From positions 1-32,841 of the forward strand of contig PKTC01000481.1 in assembly GCA_002869305.1 (NCBI GenBank): a stretch of 32,841 nt of DNA, written 5' to 3'. A program made the position numbers and the translations under genes. The notes under the pieces are model-generated. The model worked only from the letters and a program-made list of their open reading frames with translations, did not search any database and had not been told where the DNA came from. Shown here piece by piece: positions 16,800-25,733 of the stretch (its first letter is position 1; each line of letters opens with the position of its first letter). The DNA is from Marinilabiliales bacterium. Its GTDB lineage: Bacteria > Bacteroidota > Bacteroidia > Bacteroidales > UBA12077.

Positions 16800-18011
16800 T
16801 TATAATGCACCTTCGTCATAAGCTTTTTCACCATGCAGAGCCTGGTCTATACCAATTTCTTCTTCTTCTTCTGTCGCTTTCACGGGAGTTATTAAATTAA
16901 TAATAACCAACATTAAATAGGTAAATACAAACGCATATATGGCAGAAATAGCAACTGCTGCAACTTCTTTTAAGAAGAAACTTGTGTTACCTTCTAATAA
17001 TCCACTCTGTCCATTGATATGAGAATATGCAAAAACACCTAGTAAGATAGTACCAAGACATCCACCAACACCGTGAACACCCCATACATCGAGGGCATCG
17101 TCCCAGCCTAATTTGTTTTTCATTTGTACTGCTAAGAAACAAACAGCACCAGCAGCTATACCAATTAACATAGCAGCCCACAATGGAACAAAACCAGCAG
17201 CAGGAGTAATTGTAGCAAGTCCAGCAACAGCACCAGTTAATAATCCAACAAATTTAGGTTGACCTTCTTTAACCCACTCTATTATTAACCATGTAATTGC
17301 AGCAAATGAAGCAGCTACATCGGTATTTAAGAAAGCTAAAGTTGAGATTGCATCTACATCTAATTCGCTTCCCGCATTAAAACCATACCAACCGAACCAT
17401 AATAAACCAGTTCCAATAGCTACCAAAGGAATACTGTTAGGAGGAGAATTTGTATCGCGACGTTTTCCAACATATAGTACAGATGCTAGTGCTGCAAAAC
17501 CTGCTGTTGCATGAACTACGATACCTCCAGCGAAGTCAAGAACTCCCCATTCGGCAAGTAATCCACCACCCCATACCATATGTACGAATGGATAATATAC
17601 AAATAATTGCCATAACACTAAGAAAATAAGATATCCTTTAAATGTAACACGATTAATAAATGCTCCAGTAATAAGGGCTGGAGTAATGATGGCAAACATC
17701 ATTTGATATGCCACAAAGATATAAACAGGATATTTACCATTGTCAAAGGCCTGGTCAAAAGCTATTCCTTTTAAAAATGCCAAATCTAAGTTTCCAATAA
17801 TTCCACCATCTCCACCACTAAAACACAATGAATAACCTACGGTTACCCACATAATGGTTGTTATACCTAGTGATACAAATGTTTGTACCATGATACCAAG
17901 AATATTTCTTTTACCAGCTAAACCACCGTAAAAGAATGCCAAGCCTGGTGTCATTAACATAACCAAGCTTGTACATAAAATCATAAAAGTTGTTGAACCA
18001 CTGTCGAACAT
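16800..18011 (-). CDS. amtB: ammonium transporter (Amt family)
   Basis: 403-aa ORF. Contains LDFAGGIVVHATAG, the GFNAGS region and the second His region WGVHGVGG, characteristic of Amt/MEP/Rh. Confidence 0.9.
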   Translation of the reverse strand: MFDSGSTTFMILCTSLVMLMTPGLAFFYGGLAGKRNILGIMVQTFVSLGITTIMWVTVGYSLCFSGGDGGIIGNLDLAFLKGIAFDQAFDNGKYPVYIFVAYQMMFAIITPALITGAFINRVTFKGYLIFLVLWQLFVYYPFVHMVWGGGLLAEWGVLDFAGGIVVHATAGFAALASVLYVGKRRDTNSPPNSIPLVAIGTGLLWFGWYGFNAGSELDVDAISTLAFLNTDVAASFAAITWLIIEWVKEGQPKFVGLLTGAVAGLATITPAAGFVPLWAAMLIGIAAGAVCFLAVQMKNKLGWDDALDVWGVHGVGGCLGTILLGVFAYSHINGQSGLLEGNTSFFLKEVAAVAISAIYAFVFTYLMLVIINLITPVKATEEEEEIGIDQALHGEKAYDEGAL

Positions 18012-18044
18012 AATTAATTTGATTTAGATATTAATAATTTAGGT

Positions 18045-18881
18045 TTAGAATGATACCCCAAATACCATAAAAATATTTTCTGCTTCAGGATTTGTAATCA
18101 ATGAGCCAAAAATTGGTAAAGAGTAGTTATCTGTTATTTTTAATTCTTTAGAAAGCGTAAAGCCAAGATTTATGAATCCTGCAGATCTTTGTCCATAGAA
18201 TCCTTCAGGTTCTCCTTTGGCAATTTCAGGATTATCCAATGTCATTCCTGCAAAAACATCCATAACAACACCGTTAATATCTGTTGAATAACCTAGTTCC
18301 ATGTATTTTGACATGACTATCTTGTCCTCAGGAACCATTACACCTGCGTTATCTGTATATTTTCTTGAGTCTGCCCCCCAAATGTTCATAGCGAACATAA
18401 AACTTACTGGAATTTTATCTGTTCCATTGAAACTTAAAGCAGCTTCAACCACATGACCTGTTTGTTCCTCTTCACCACTATTTATTTTATCCCAGTCCAT
18501 GTTATAGTTGAAATATTTATTTCTTCCAACTGTTTCATCAGGGAAAAAGTAATCAGTAAAAGTTAACGAGAACATCTCCTTTAATGTATAAGAGATATAT
18601 AAATCTGCTTCCTGTCCTGTTTGGCTTCCACTTAATGAATAAGCTCCCCACGCCCCAATAGCAAAAGAATGATCATCTGTTCCGAAGCCATATTCAAGAT
18701 AATGTTGAACACTTGGAGACGAGCCGCCCAGGTTAACACCACGCCAAATGTATCGACTTACAAAGTCAGCACCTACACTCCAAGGTGATTCTTCTGTTAT
18801 TGCTTCCTCTTGCGCAAACAAACTTCCTACGCATAAAAAAACAGCAAATAATACACTAAAAAATTTAGCATTTCGATTCAT
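18045..18881 (-). CDS. outer-membrane beta-barrel porin (TorF/Gcw_chp-like) co-transcribed with amtB
   Basis: 278-aa ORF with signal peptide ...VGSLFAQEE. Early motif SRYIWRGVNLG, alternating beta-strand pattern, C-terminus ...MVFGVSF. There is a 33-nt gap to amtB. Confidence 0.6.
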   Translation of the reverse strand: MNRNAKFFSVLFAVFLCVGSLFAQEEAITEESPWSVGADFVSRYIWRGVNLGGSSPSVQHYLEYGFGTDDHSFAIGAWGAYSLSGSQTGQEADLYISYTLKEMFSLTFTDYFFPDETVGRNKYFNYNMDWDKINSGEEEQTGHVVEAALSFNGTDKIPVSFMFAMNIWGADSRKYTDNAGVMVPEDKIVMSKYMELGYSTDINGVVMDVFAGMTLDNPEIAKGEPEGFYGQRSAGFINLGFTLSKELKITDNYSLPIFGSLITNPEAENIFMVFGVSF

Positions 18882-18923
18882 AATAATTATAGTTTAATGA
18901 TTAATTGTGATAAATGAATTGAT

Positions 18924-18942
18924 TTAAAGCGATTTGCTTTAA
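18924..18942. promoter_or_regulatory. inverted repeat TTAAAGC-GATTT-GCTTTAA in the porin-amtB leader or promoter
   Basis: Perfect 7-bp arms, 43-61 bp upstream of the porin ATG at 18881. Confidence 0.3.
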
Positions 18943-18989
18943 GAATAGATGATGTACCCTTTCTAATGATAGAATATTTGCACATGCAA

Positions 18990-18997
18990 CAAAACTA
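18990..18997 (-). promoter_or_regulatory. -7-like promoter element (TAGTTTTG on the minus strand) for porin-amtB
   Basis: Matches TAnnTTTG, about 109 nt upstream of the porin ATG. Confidence 0.3.
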
Positions 18998-19049
18998 TCA
19001 CTCAACATATCATCAAACAATCGGTAAAAAAGCGGAAATTCTAATAGGA

Positions 19050-19086
19050 AAAAACAGTATGTTTTCTAGGTAAATTACTTAGAAAA
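19050..19086 (-). terminator. probable terminator of the two-component operon (25-nt near-palindrome plus T-run)
   Basis: TTTTCTAGGTAA-A-TTACTTAGAAAA (19062-19086, 11/12 arm match) starts 1 nt after the regulator stop. It is followed on the minus strand by CATACTGTTTTTTCC. Confidence 0.45.
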
Positions 19087-19087
19087 C

Positions 19088-19735
19088 TTATTCAATATCT
19101 GCTAACTTATTTTTTATTGCATATTTCACTAACTCAACTGAAGATTTCAGATTAAGTTTCTGTAGTATATTATTTTTGTGGGAATCAACTGTTCGGATGC
19201 TAATAAATAGTCGCTCTGCAATTTCTTTATTGGTCAAACCATCAACAACAAGCTTCACAATTTCTTTTTCTCTTTTGGTTAAGGATTTTTCATTTTCAGA
19301 TTCCTTCGATTTACCAATGAAGGTTTTTAAAATGGTATTAGAAATGTCTTTGTTAAAATAGTTATCGCCTTTGTAAATTGTATTTATTGCTTCTAACAAT
19401 TCATTCATGCTGGTATCCTTAGGCAAATAACCATTAGCACCGGCATTCAAAGCTTTGGTAATAAACTCTTCATTGGAATGCATTGATAAGATCAATATTT
19501 TTATTCCAGGAAAATTTTCTGAAATGTATTTTGATAATTCTATACCAGAAATGTCGGGCATTGAAATATCAGTTATAACCAAATCAGGGGTTTGCAATTT
19601 TAAAAGTTCATATAAATCCTTCGCATTACCAACCTCGCCTATAACCTCAATGTTTTCTTCATCCGAAAGAACAGACTTTACACCATCTCTAAACATTTGA
19701 TGATCATCTACTAAAACTATTTTAATTTGCTCCAT
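19088..19735 (-). CDS. NarL/FixJ-family response regulator (REC plus LuxR-type HTH)
   Basis: 215-aa ORF. IKIVLVDDH...DLVITDISMPDISG (phospho-acceptor Asp region)...KILILS. C-terminal LTKREKEIVKLVVDGLTNKEIAERLFISIRTVDSHKNNILQKL. Confidence 0.9.
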   Translation of the reverse strand: MEQIKIVLVDDHQMFRDGVKSVLSDEENIEVIGEVGNAKDLYELLKLQTPDLVITDISMPDISGIELSKYISENFPGIKILILSMHSNEEFITKALNAGANGYLPKDTSMNELLEAINTIYKGDNYFNKDISNTILKTFIGKSKESENEKSLTKREKEIVKLVVDGLTNKEIAERLFISIRTVDSHKNNILQKLNLKSSVELVKYAIKNKLADIE

Positions 19736-21542
19736 TCTTTGCCATATTTAGAGGTATATTTATCTTAATGGTGGTACCGTTTTGCTTTTCTGATCTGATC
19801 TCAATGTTTCCATCTAACAAATGTACTCTTTCTTTCATGTTTGAGATGCCATTGCCACACAATTTTCTATTATCGATATAATTGAATCCTATTCCATTAT
19901 CCTCAATTTGTAATGAAACGGATGCTTCATTTGAGCTTATTGTAATAAAAGCATCTTTGGCCTTAGAATGCTTTATAATATTATTTAATGCTTCTTGCGA
20001 AATCCTGTATAAATAGGTTTTTATTTTAGCATCAAGTGTTAATGATAAACTTTCATGGTTAAATTCAACATTTATTCCGGTACTTCCAGATACTTCTCTA
20101 CACAAATTTACCAAAGCATCCACCAATCCAAATTCATTTAAAACGGCTGGCATCAAATTATTAGAAATACTTCTGACCTCATTGATTGTATTTGCAAATA
20201 AATCCTGCACTTCGTCCATAATTTTTTTTAATTTCTCAGGATTTGCACTTGCTATGCGTTCTAATCTCATTTTAATAGCTAAAATCGATTGTCCTAACCC
20301 ATCATGTAATTCTCTCGATAGTCTTTGTCTCTCCAGTTCCTGACCGTCAATCATTGAACTTAATCGCATAGATCGCTCCAATTTAAGATTCTCTGTTTGG
20401 TCTTTTATTTTGGATGACATTTCATTAAATGCTTCTATTAAACTTCCAATCTCGTCACTATTAACAATATCTTCAACGAATACATCATAATTTCCTTGTG
20501 TAATTTTTTGGGCAGCTTCTTTTAATTTAATAATAGGTAAACTTATTCTTCGTGCAATGATATATACAAAAGCAAAAAGTAATAGCGACATCAAAACACT
20601 CAAATAAAATATATTATTACGAATAGACTCGATAGGAATCATGGCTTCCTCTTCATCAATCTCTGCTAAAATGGCCCAGTTTAAATCTGGTATTTCTACT
20701 TTACTGTATGAACTTAAAACTGAGATGCCTCTATAATCCTTTATTAATTTTGTATTTGTGTTGCCATATAAAGCTTCGGTAACACCTTCTGTTTTGACAA
20801 TTGTTTTAAATTCAGCGTTATCCTGAAACCGAGAAGTACTTCGCATTAAATAATCATTCCCAACTAAATACGATTCTCCAGACTTTCCTAATCCGTTATG
20901 TGGATTATTTTCAAACATTATAGAATTTATTGCTTCAATGTCAATTTCGATGGCAACTATTCCTAGTATGGTTTTATTCTCATCAAAAACTGGAGCTCCT
21001 ATAAATATTGAAGGTAAATTTGTCAATGTATCCAGTTTATAATCTTCGATAAGAATTCCAGGCTCATCAAGAATTTTGTCCCATAAACTCGAAATTAATA
21101 ATTTGCTAATCAGACTATATTGCATTTCGGATGGATTATCTTCTGTCGCACTGAAAATAACAGATCTTCCTTTGTTATTTACAACATAAAACTGTTTATA
21201 ATAACTGCCTGAAATGAAATGCTTGTGAAGAAATCTATTGTATTCCTCATTAATCGTTGAATCTAGTTTTTTGTTCGGTGCAGAGTCTTTTAGGTATGAC
21301 AAAATGTTTCTAACATCATTAGACTTTGATACTAGATTTACATCCAGAATACGATCGTTAAAAAACCTTTCAATTCTATATTTTTTTTCAATCCTTAACG
21401 ATGTTAACTGATCAAATGTTCTTTCAACCAGGGCATCTTTTGCCCGGTAATATGAATATGAACCTATGACAATTACTGTGAAAATATTAAGTAATAAGAA
21501 ATAAACAACTAGCTTTTTTACAAGAGAACTACTGGTCTTCAT
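19722..21542 (-). CDS. sensor histidine kinase: TM, ~290-aa periplasmic (Cache-like?) domain, TM, HAMP, HisKA_3, HATPase
   Basis: 606-aa ORF with two TM segments flanking a large extracytoplasmic region. HAMP: SLPIIKL...DEIGSLIEAFNEM. H-box ERQRLSRELHDGLGQS (HisKA_3 type). N/G boxes in the C-terminus. It overlaps the regulator gene by 14 nt. Confidence 0.85.
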   Translation of the reverse strand: MKTSSSLVKKLVVYFLLLNIFTVIVIGSYSYYRAKDALVERTFDQLTSLRIEKKYRIERFFNDRILDVNLVSKSNDVRNILSYLKDSAPNKKLDSTINEEYNRFLHKHFISGSYYKQFYVVNNKGRSVIFSATEDNPSEMQYSLISKLLISSLWDKILDEPGILIEDYKLDTLTNLPSIFIGAPVFDENKTILGIVAIEIDIEAINSIMFENNPHNGLGKSGESYLVGNDYLMRSTSRFQDNAEFKTIVKTEGVTEALYGNTNTKLIKDYRGISVLSSYSKVEIPDLNWAILAEIDEEEAMIPIESIRNNIFYLSVLMSLLLFAFVYIIARRISLPIIKLKEAAQKITQGNYDVFVEDIVNSDEIGSLIEAFNEMSSKIKDQTENLKLERSMRLSSMIDGQELERQRLSRELHDGLGQSILAIKMRLERIASANPEKLKKIMDEVQDLFANTINEVRSISNNLMPAVLNEFGLVDALVNLCREVSGSTGINVEFNHESLSLTLDAKIKTYLYRISQEALNNIIKHSKAKDAFITISSNEASVSLQIEDNGIGFNYIDNRKLCGNGISNMKERVHLLDGNIEIRSEKQNGTTIKINIPLNMAKNGAN

Positions 21543-21543
21543 A

Positions 21544-22608
21544 TTATTTATATCCTATAGCAGCGTATCCAACAAAATGATGATTATTAGCAGGAGCTGT
21601 TGTCCCCATTCTCAAATCCTCAACCTCTATCTTGGCGTGATCGATACTTGTAGAATATCCTACTAAATCACCTTTTAAAATATTATTCTTAGATAAATTA
21701 TTTAAATTGTAAGCAGTTAATAAGCCGAAAGGTACAGAATATCGACCACAACAGGTCCATTTATATTCTTTATAATCGTCCTCCTGCACTGTGTACTGAA
21801 TAAATTTTTGGATTTTAGTTGGAGAAACTTCCCCAACCAAACAATTATTAATAATTTCTAATTCAATATTCTTTACCTCAACCAAGCTTAAACTATCAGT
21901 TCCATAAGGCGCATAATTTTTACCGCCCCAATCCTCATCACCATAATGTACAGCGTCAGTGGAAATCAATATGGCAATATCGTTAGCCCAATTCAATTTA
22001 TTTTTTTTCATGATGGATGAAAGAACTTTTGTTAAATTCTTTGCTGTGTGTTGCATTCTTTCGTACGACATATAAGGAACAAGTATCGGTATTATTTCTA
22101 TTTCAGAATTATTTACCTGCAAAAAGGGAATTAAGGCTTCCAGTGAATGCTCTGCACTTTGCATTTTATCATGGATAACAAATAAACTGTCATCTAATTT
22201 TGCGATAATTTCGTTTCTTAAATCAGAAACTTTGACATTTCCATAGGGTGCCGACCACTGATCAAATGAATCGAATATAATTTGATTTTCAAGATTGAAA
22301 CTACTTGCTTTATGAGCGACTCCAAAAAGTATAACCGTTTTTGCCTTGATACCTGATAAAATTTTAGGATATAGCTTGCCTACATATAAATAATCATCGT
22401 GGGGTGTGATAGCTACCCTCCACTTTTGGTTCGAGTTAAGTTCAGGATCAAGTCTACTGATTATTGAATCCATTTGCCAATTGTACTGAGCAAAACCAAT
22501 GGTATCGACAACCTGACGAACTTTTAATTCATTAACTTCAGATGGCTGATTGCAGCTAAATACAATCAAAAAAAAAGTAATCGAAAATATTAAATACTTT
22601 TTCATCAT
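21544..22608 (-). CDS. exported Memo-family (AmmeMemoRadiSam protein B-like / LigB-superfamily) lipoprotein
   Basis: 354-aa ORF with lipoprotein signal MMKKYLIFSITFFLIVFSC. Motifs parallel Memo family sites as I recall them: ITPHDDYLYVG (cf PHAGY.YSG), LFGVAHK, AEHSLEALIPFLQ, STDAVHYG, TCCGRYSVPFGLL. The stop is 1 nt from the kinase ATG. Confidence 0.55.
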   Translation of the reverse strand: MMKKYLIFSITFFLIVFSCNQPSEVNELKVRQVVDTIGFAQYNWQMDSIISRLDPELNSNQKWRVAITPHDDYLYVGKLYPKILSGIKAKTVILFGVAHKASSFNLENQIIFDSFDQWSAPYGNVKVSDLRNEIIAKLDDSLFVIHDKMQSAEHSLEALIPFLQVNNSEIEIIPILVPYMSYERMQHTAKNLTKVLSSIMKKNKLNWANDIAILISTDAVHYGDEDWGGKNYAPYGTDSLSLVEVKNIELEIINNCLVGEVSPTKIQKFIQYTVQEDDYKEYKWTCCGRYSVPFGLLTAYNLNNLSKNNILKGDLVGYSTSIDHAKIEVEDLRMGTTAPANNHHFVGYAAIGYK

Positions 22609-22622
22609 TCTTATTTTGATCC

Positions 22623-22676
22623 TTTAAGAAACTGAAAATTTGCAATATAAGCTTCTATAAATTAAAGTTTCTTAAA
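22623..22676. promoter_or_regulatory. 11-bp perfect inverted repeat (TTTAAGAAACT ... AGTTTCTTAAA, 32-nt spacer) in the leader or promoter of the Memo-kinase-regulator operon
   Basis: Arms at 22623-22633 and 22666-22676, 15-68 bp upstream of the ATG at 22608. Confidence 0.4.
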
Positions 22677-22677
22677 A

Positions 22678-22685
22678 CAAAGATA
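22678..22685 (-). promoter_or_regulatory. -7-like promoter element (TATCTTTG on the minus strand) for the Memo-kinase-regulator operon
   Basis: Matches TAnnTTTG and abuts the distal arm of the 11-bp inverted repeat. Confidence 0.25.
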
Positions 22686-22693
22686 CAAATTAA

Positions 22694-22728
22694 TAAAAAA
22701 CAAAAGGCCCATACTTAAAGTATGGACC
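22694..22728 (-). terminator. rho-independent terminator of fhs
   Basis: Minus strand GGUCCAUACU-UUA-AGUAUGGGCC (10 bp, one G-U pair) followed by UUUUGUUUUUU, about 26 nt after the fhs stop. Confidence 0.75.
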
Positions 22729-22754
22729 CATCATAAAAATCTAATTATCTAAAT

Positions 22755-24425
22755 TTAAAACAAACCCGTAATATTTCCATTATCATCAATATCAATTTTT
22801 TCTGCAGAAGGTTTACTTGGTAAACCTGGCATTCGCATTATAGTGCCAGCTATAGGAACAATAAAACCGGCTCCGGACGATAATTCTATTTCTCTTATTT
22901 TAACGGTAAAATCTCTTGGTCTACCTTTTTTATGCATATCATCTGATAAGGATTTTTGCGTTTTTGCAATACAAACTGCTAAGTTTTGTAACCCAAGATC
23001 ATTAATCTTTTGAAGCTGCGATTTAGCTTTTACTGTATATTCAACATCTTTGGCTCCATACATCTTAGTGGCAATTGTTTCAATTTTTTTCTCAAAACTC
23101 CAATCCAATTCGTATAAAGGCTTAAAGCAACTTGAACATTCAGAAACTGAAGCAACAACTTTTTCGGCTAATTCCGTTGCGCCATCACCTCCCAGTGCCC
23201 ATGAATCATTTAATGCAACCGTAACATCTAAATTATCACAATGTTTCTTTAATAATTCAACCTCAGCATCAGTATCCGATGTAAATTTGTTAATGGCTAC
23301 GATCGGTTTAAATCCAAAATAAGTCATATTCTCAATGTGCTTATCCAGATTTTCAAACCCTTTATTTAAAGCCTCTAAGTTTTCATTTGAAAGTTCAGCT
23401 AATTTAGCACCTCCATGATATTTTAATGCCCTAATAGTAGCAACAATTACAACTGCTTTGGGTTGTAGCTTACCAAATTGTGATTTAATATTAAAGAACT
23501 TCTCAGCCCCTAATTCACTAGCAAAGCCAGCTTCAGTAACCACGTAATCACTTAATGATAAACCCATCTTAGTGGCAATAATTGTATTTGTACCTTGCGC
23601 TATATTTGCAAAAGGGCCACCATGAATAATTGCTGGATTACCTTCAAGTGTTTGAACTAAATTAGGTTTGATGGCATCTTTTAATAAAACAGTCATAGCT
23701 CCTTCTGCTTTTAAATCTCTGGCAAAAACTGCCTTACCATCATATGTATAACCAATAAAAATATTTCCCAATCGCTTTTTAAGATCCTGTAAATCTTTAG
23801 CAACACATAAGGTTGCCATAACTTCTGATGCTGCAGTAATATGAAAACCTGTTTCGCGCGGAACACCTTGCTTTGGGCCACCTAAACCAATCACAATATC
23901 TCGCAAGGCTCGTTCATTCATATCCATTACTCTCTTCCACTCTACCGTTCTGGGATCAATTCCTAAGTTCCCTTCTTTTAACTGGATATTATTATCAATA
24001 AGCGCAGCTAATAAATTATGAGCCTTTTCCACCGCTGATAGATCGCCAGTAAAATGGAGGTTAATATCTTCCATTGGAATAACTTGAGAAAACCCTCCAC
24101 CTGCTGCTCCCCCTTTTATGCCAAAAACCGGACCTAATGAAGGTTCGCGCAACACTACCGTAGCTTTTTTCCCGATTTTATTTAGGGCCTGTGTTAAACC
24201 AATTGAAGTTGTTGTTTTTCCTTCGCCAGCAGGAGTAGGCGTAATTGCTGTAACTAAAATTAGCTTTCCATTTTTGATTTTTTCTTCATCAATCAAATCT
24301 AATGGAAGTTTAGCCTTATATTTTCCATATAATTCAAGATCATCTTCAGGAATGTTTAATTGCTTTGCTATATTAACAATAGGTTGAATTTTGGTACTCT
24401 GAGCAATTTCAATGTCTGATTTCAT
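22755..24425 (-). CDS. fhs: formate--tetrahydrofolate ligase
   Basis: 556-aa ORF of typical length. N-terminus MKSDIEIAQ..., nucleotide-binding TPTPAGEGKTTTSIGL, and the conserved ...GGPFANIAQG... block. Confidence 0.95.
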   Translation of the reverse strand: MKSDIEIAQSTKIQPIVNIAKQLNIPEDDLELYGKYKAKLPLDLIDEEKIKNGKLILVTAITPTPAGEGKTTTSIGLTQALNKIGKKATVVLREPSLGPVFGIKGGAAGGGFSQVIPMEDINLHFTGDLSAVEKAHNLLAALIDNNIQLKEGNLGIDPRTVEWKRVMDMNERALRDIVIGLGGPKQGVPRETGFHITAASEVMATLCVAKDLQDLKKRLGNIFIGYTYDGKAVFARDLKAEGAMTVLLKDAIKPNLVQTLEGNPAIIHGGPFANIAQGTNTIIATKMGLSLSDYVVTEAGFASELGAEKFFNIKSQFGKLQPKAVVIVATIRALKYHGGAKLAELSNENLEALNKGFENLDKHIENMTYFGFKPIVAINKFTSDTDAEVELLKKHCDNLDVTVALNDSWALGGDGATELAEKVVASVSECSSCFKPLYELDWSFEKKIETIATKMYGAKDVEYTVKAKSQLQKINDLGLQNLAVCIAKTQKSLSDDMHKKGRPRDFTVKIREIELSSGAGFIVPIAGTIMRMPGLPSKPSAEKIDIDDNGNITGLF

Positions 24426-24622
24426 AGTGATTAATATTTTGCGATTAATTATTGTAAGGTTGATTCCAATAAATTTAGTGAATCTATATGACTAAATCCA
24501 TTGATTTGTTAATTTTTTATAGTGAAACACTTAACAAAAAGTTTTGTTCAACCAAAGATTAAAAATGCTAAATACTAATTAATTAAGAGTTAAACAAAAC
24601 TCCTTTCGGTGGCTTCTTGCAT

Positions 24623-25636
24623 TCATTTAGGTTCATATCTGGATTCAGAAAGAATTTCTTGATAGTCGTTATTAAGCATTAATTCATTCAAGCTTATTTC
24701 TGGGTTTCTCTGCATGTACTTCCTTACGATTTGCCATCCAAGCCAAATAGATGCTCTTCCCGGTGATTCATTTGGATAACCAGAGGTAAATGGAGCCGGA
24801 TTAATATGTTGATTTATGGTCATGTAATCTGTTGAAAAAAGCAACTTGTTTTCTATTAAGTAATTCCACATTTGCTTTTCATTTTTAATATACCAAAGCA
24901 TCTCATCAGATGTAAATCCAATTTTTAAACTATCCAAAACTTTAGGAAACATTGCATCGAGAAAAAAATGAATTTTCCCCTGGTAAACTATGTTATTAAC
25001 CAGATTATCAATCGAATCATTATAAGTAAATTCGGTGAGGGCCCAGGCCCTTATAGCATCGGTTGGAATATTTTCCGGATTCATATTGTTTTGAAGATAA
25101 TTGGCGATACCCAAACGATCGTAAAATTCGCAATCTTTACCAAGGTATTTATCCACTCCAATCCCCAAAATACTATCCGAAACTACCATTGATTGATTAA
25201 AACCTCCAATATATGTATATACTTCGGGAACGATTCTTTCGGGGAAGAAATATTTGTATCTTTTAAAAGCTTTTTTCAGACTTGTTTCAATATAATTTAC
25301 ATTGGGAAATACTTCCATCGTTTTTTCATACACTTTATTCATAGTATAGTCGGTAATAAATCCTGTTAAAAGCTCGGAGTAATTTTCCTGATACGGATTT
25401 CCAAGATTTATTATCCTAATGCTATACAACTCATAAAATTCTCCATATTCTTCAATCAGCTGAGGTAATTCTACATCCAAATTCCCGGGATCGATCTCAA
25501 AAATATCCTTATCCAATCTCTTTATATTTAACTCCAGATTAATTTTCGAGGTATCAATGTCAAACTTTTCCTTTTGTTTACATGAACTTATAATAGTCAA
25601 GAGAATAGCCAGATAAGTAATTCCTTTTTTTATCAT
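24623..25636 (-). CDS. gldB: gliding motility lipoprotein GldB
   Basis: 337-aa ORF with lipoprotein signal ...LTIISSC. The C-terminal block NPAPFTSGYPNESPGRASIWLGWQIVRKYM matches the GldB family signature as I recall it from Flavobacterium GldB. Confidence 0.8.
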   Translation of the reverse strand: MIKKGITYLAILLTIISSCKQKEKFDIDTSKINLELNIKRLDKDIFEIDPGNLDVELPQLIEEYGEFYELYSIRIINLGNPYQENYSELLTGFITDYTMNKVYEKTMEVFPNVNYIETSLKKAFKRYKYFFPERIVPEVYTYIGGFNQSMVVSDSILGIGVDKYLGKDCEFYDRLGIANYLQNNMNPENIPTDAIRAWALTEFTYNDSIDNLVNNIVYQGKIHFFLDAMFPKVLDSLKIGFTSDEMLWYIKNEKQMWNYLIENKLLFSTDYMTINQHINPAPFTSGYPNESPGRASIWLGWQIVRKYMQRNPEISLNELMLNNDYQEILSESRYEPK

Positions 25637-25733
25637 TGCAAATTTTTTTTAAATAAACTTCATTGTTTTAATGAAAAGGTCTGATTTTTGTTTTCAAACT
25701 CTAAAAATCACTTTATATCCTGTGATTTTTGTC

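Noticed and set aside
19062-19086. Shared TACYTAG half-site between this palindrome and the LuxR-region boxes, suggesting a common regulator
   Set aside because: A degenerate 7-mer of this composition is expected roughly 30 times by chance in 32.8 kb on two strands. The arrangement (tail-to-tail with a 3-nt spacer) also differs from the boxes, and its position right after a stop codon with a T-run fits a terminator better.
18882-19087. Sigma-54 (NtrC-type) promoter upstream of porin-amtB
   Set aside because: No TGGCAC-N5-TTGC-like element on the minus strand. The nearest look-alike (gttgcatgtgcaa) lacks the GG/GC spacing.
24426-24622. Possible riboswitch (ZTP/pfl or THF type) in the fhs upstream region
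   Set aside because: The region is uniformly AT-rich. I could not find the GC-rich conserved cores (e.g. CCGCCUGGGC of the ZTP motif) on the relevant strand. Only a weak 6-bp inverted repeat (TTTAGT...ACTAAA) is present.
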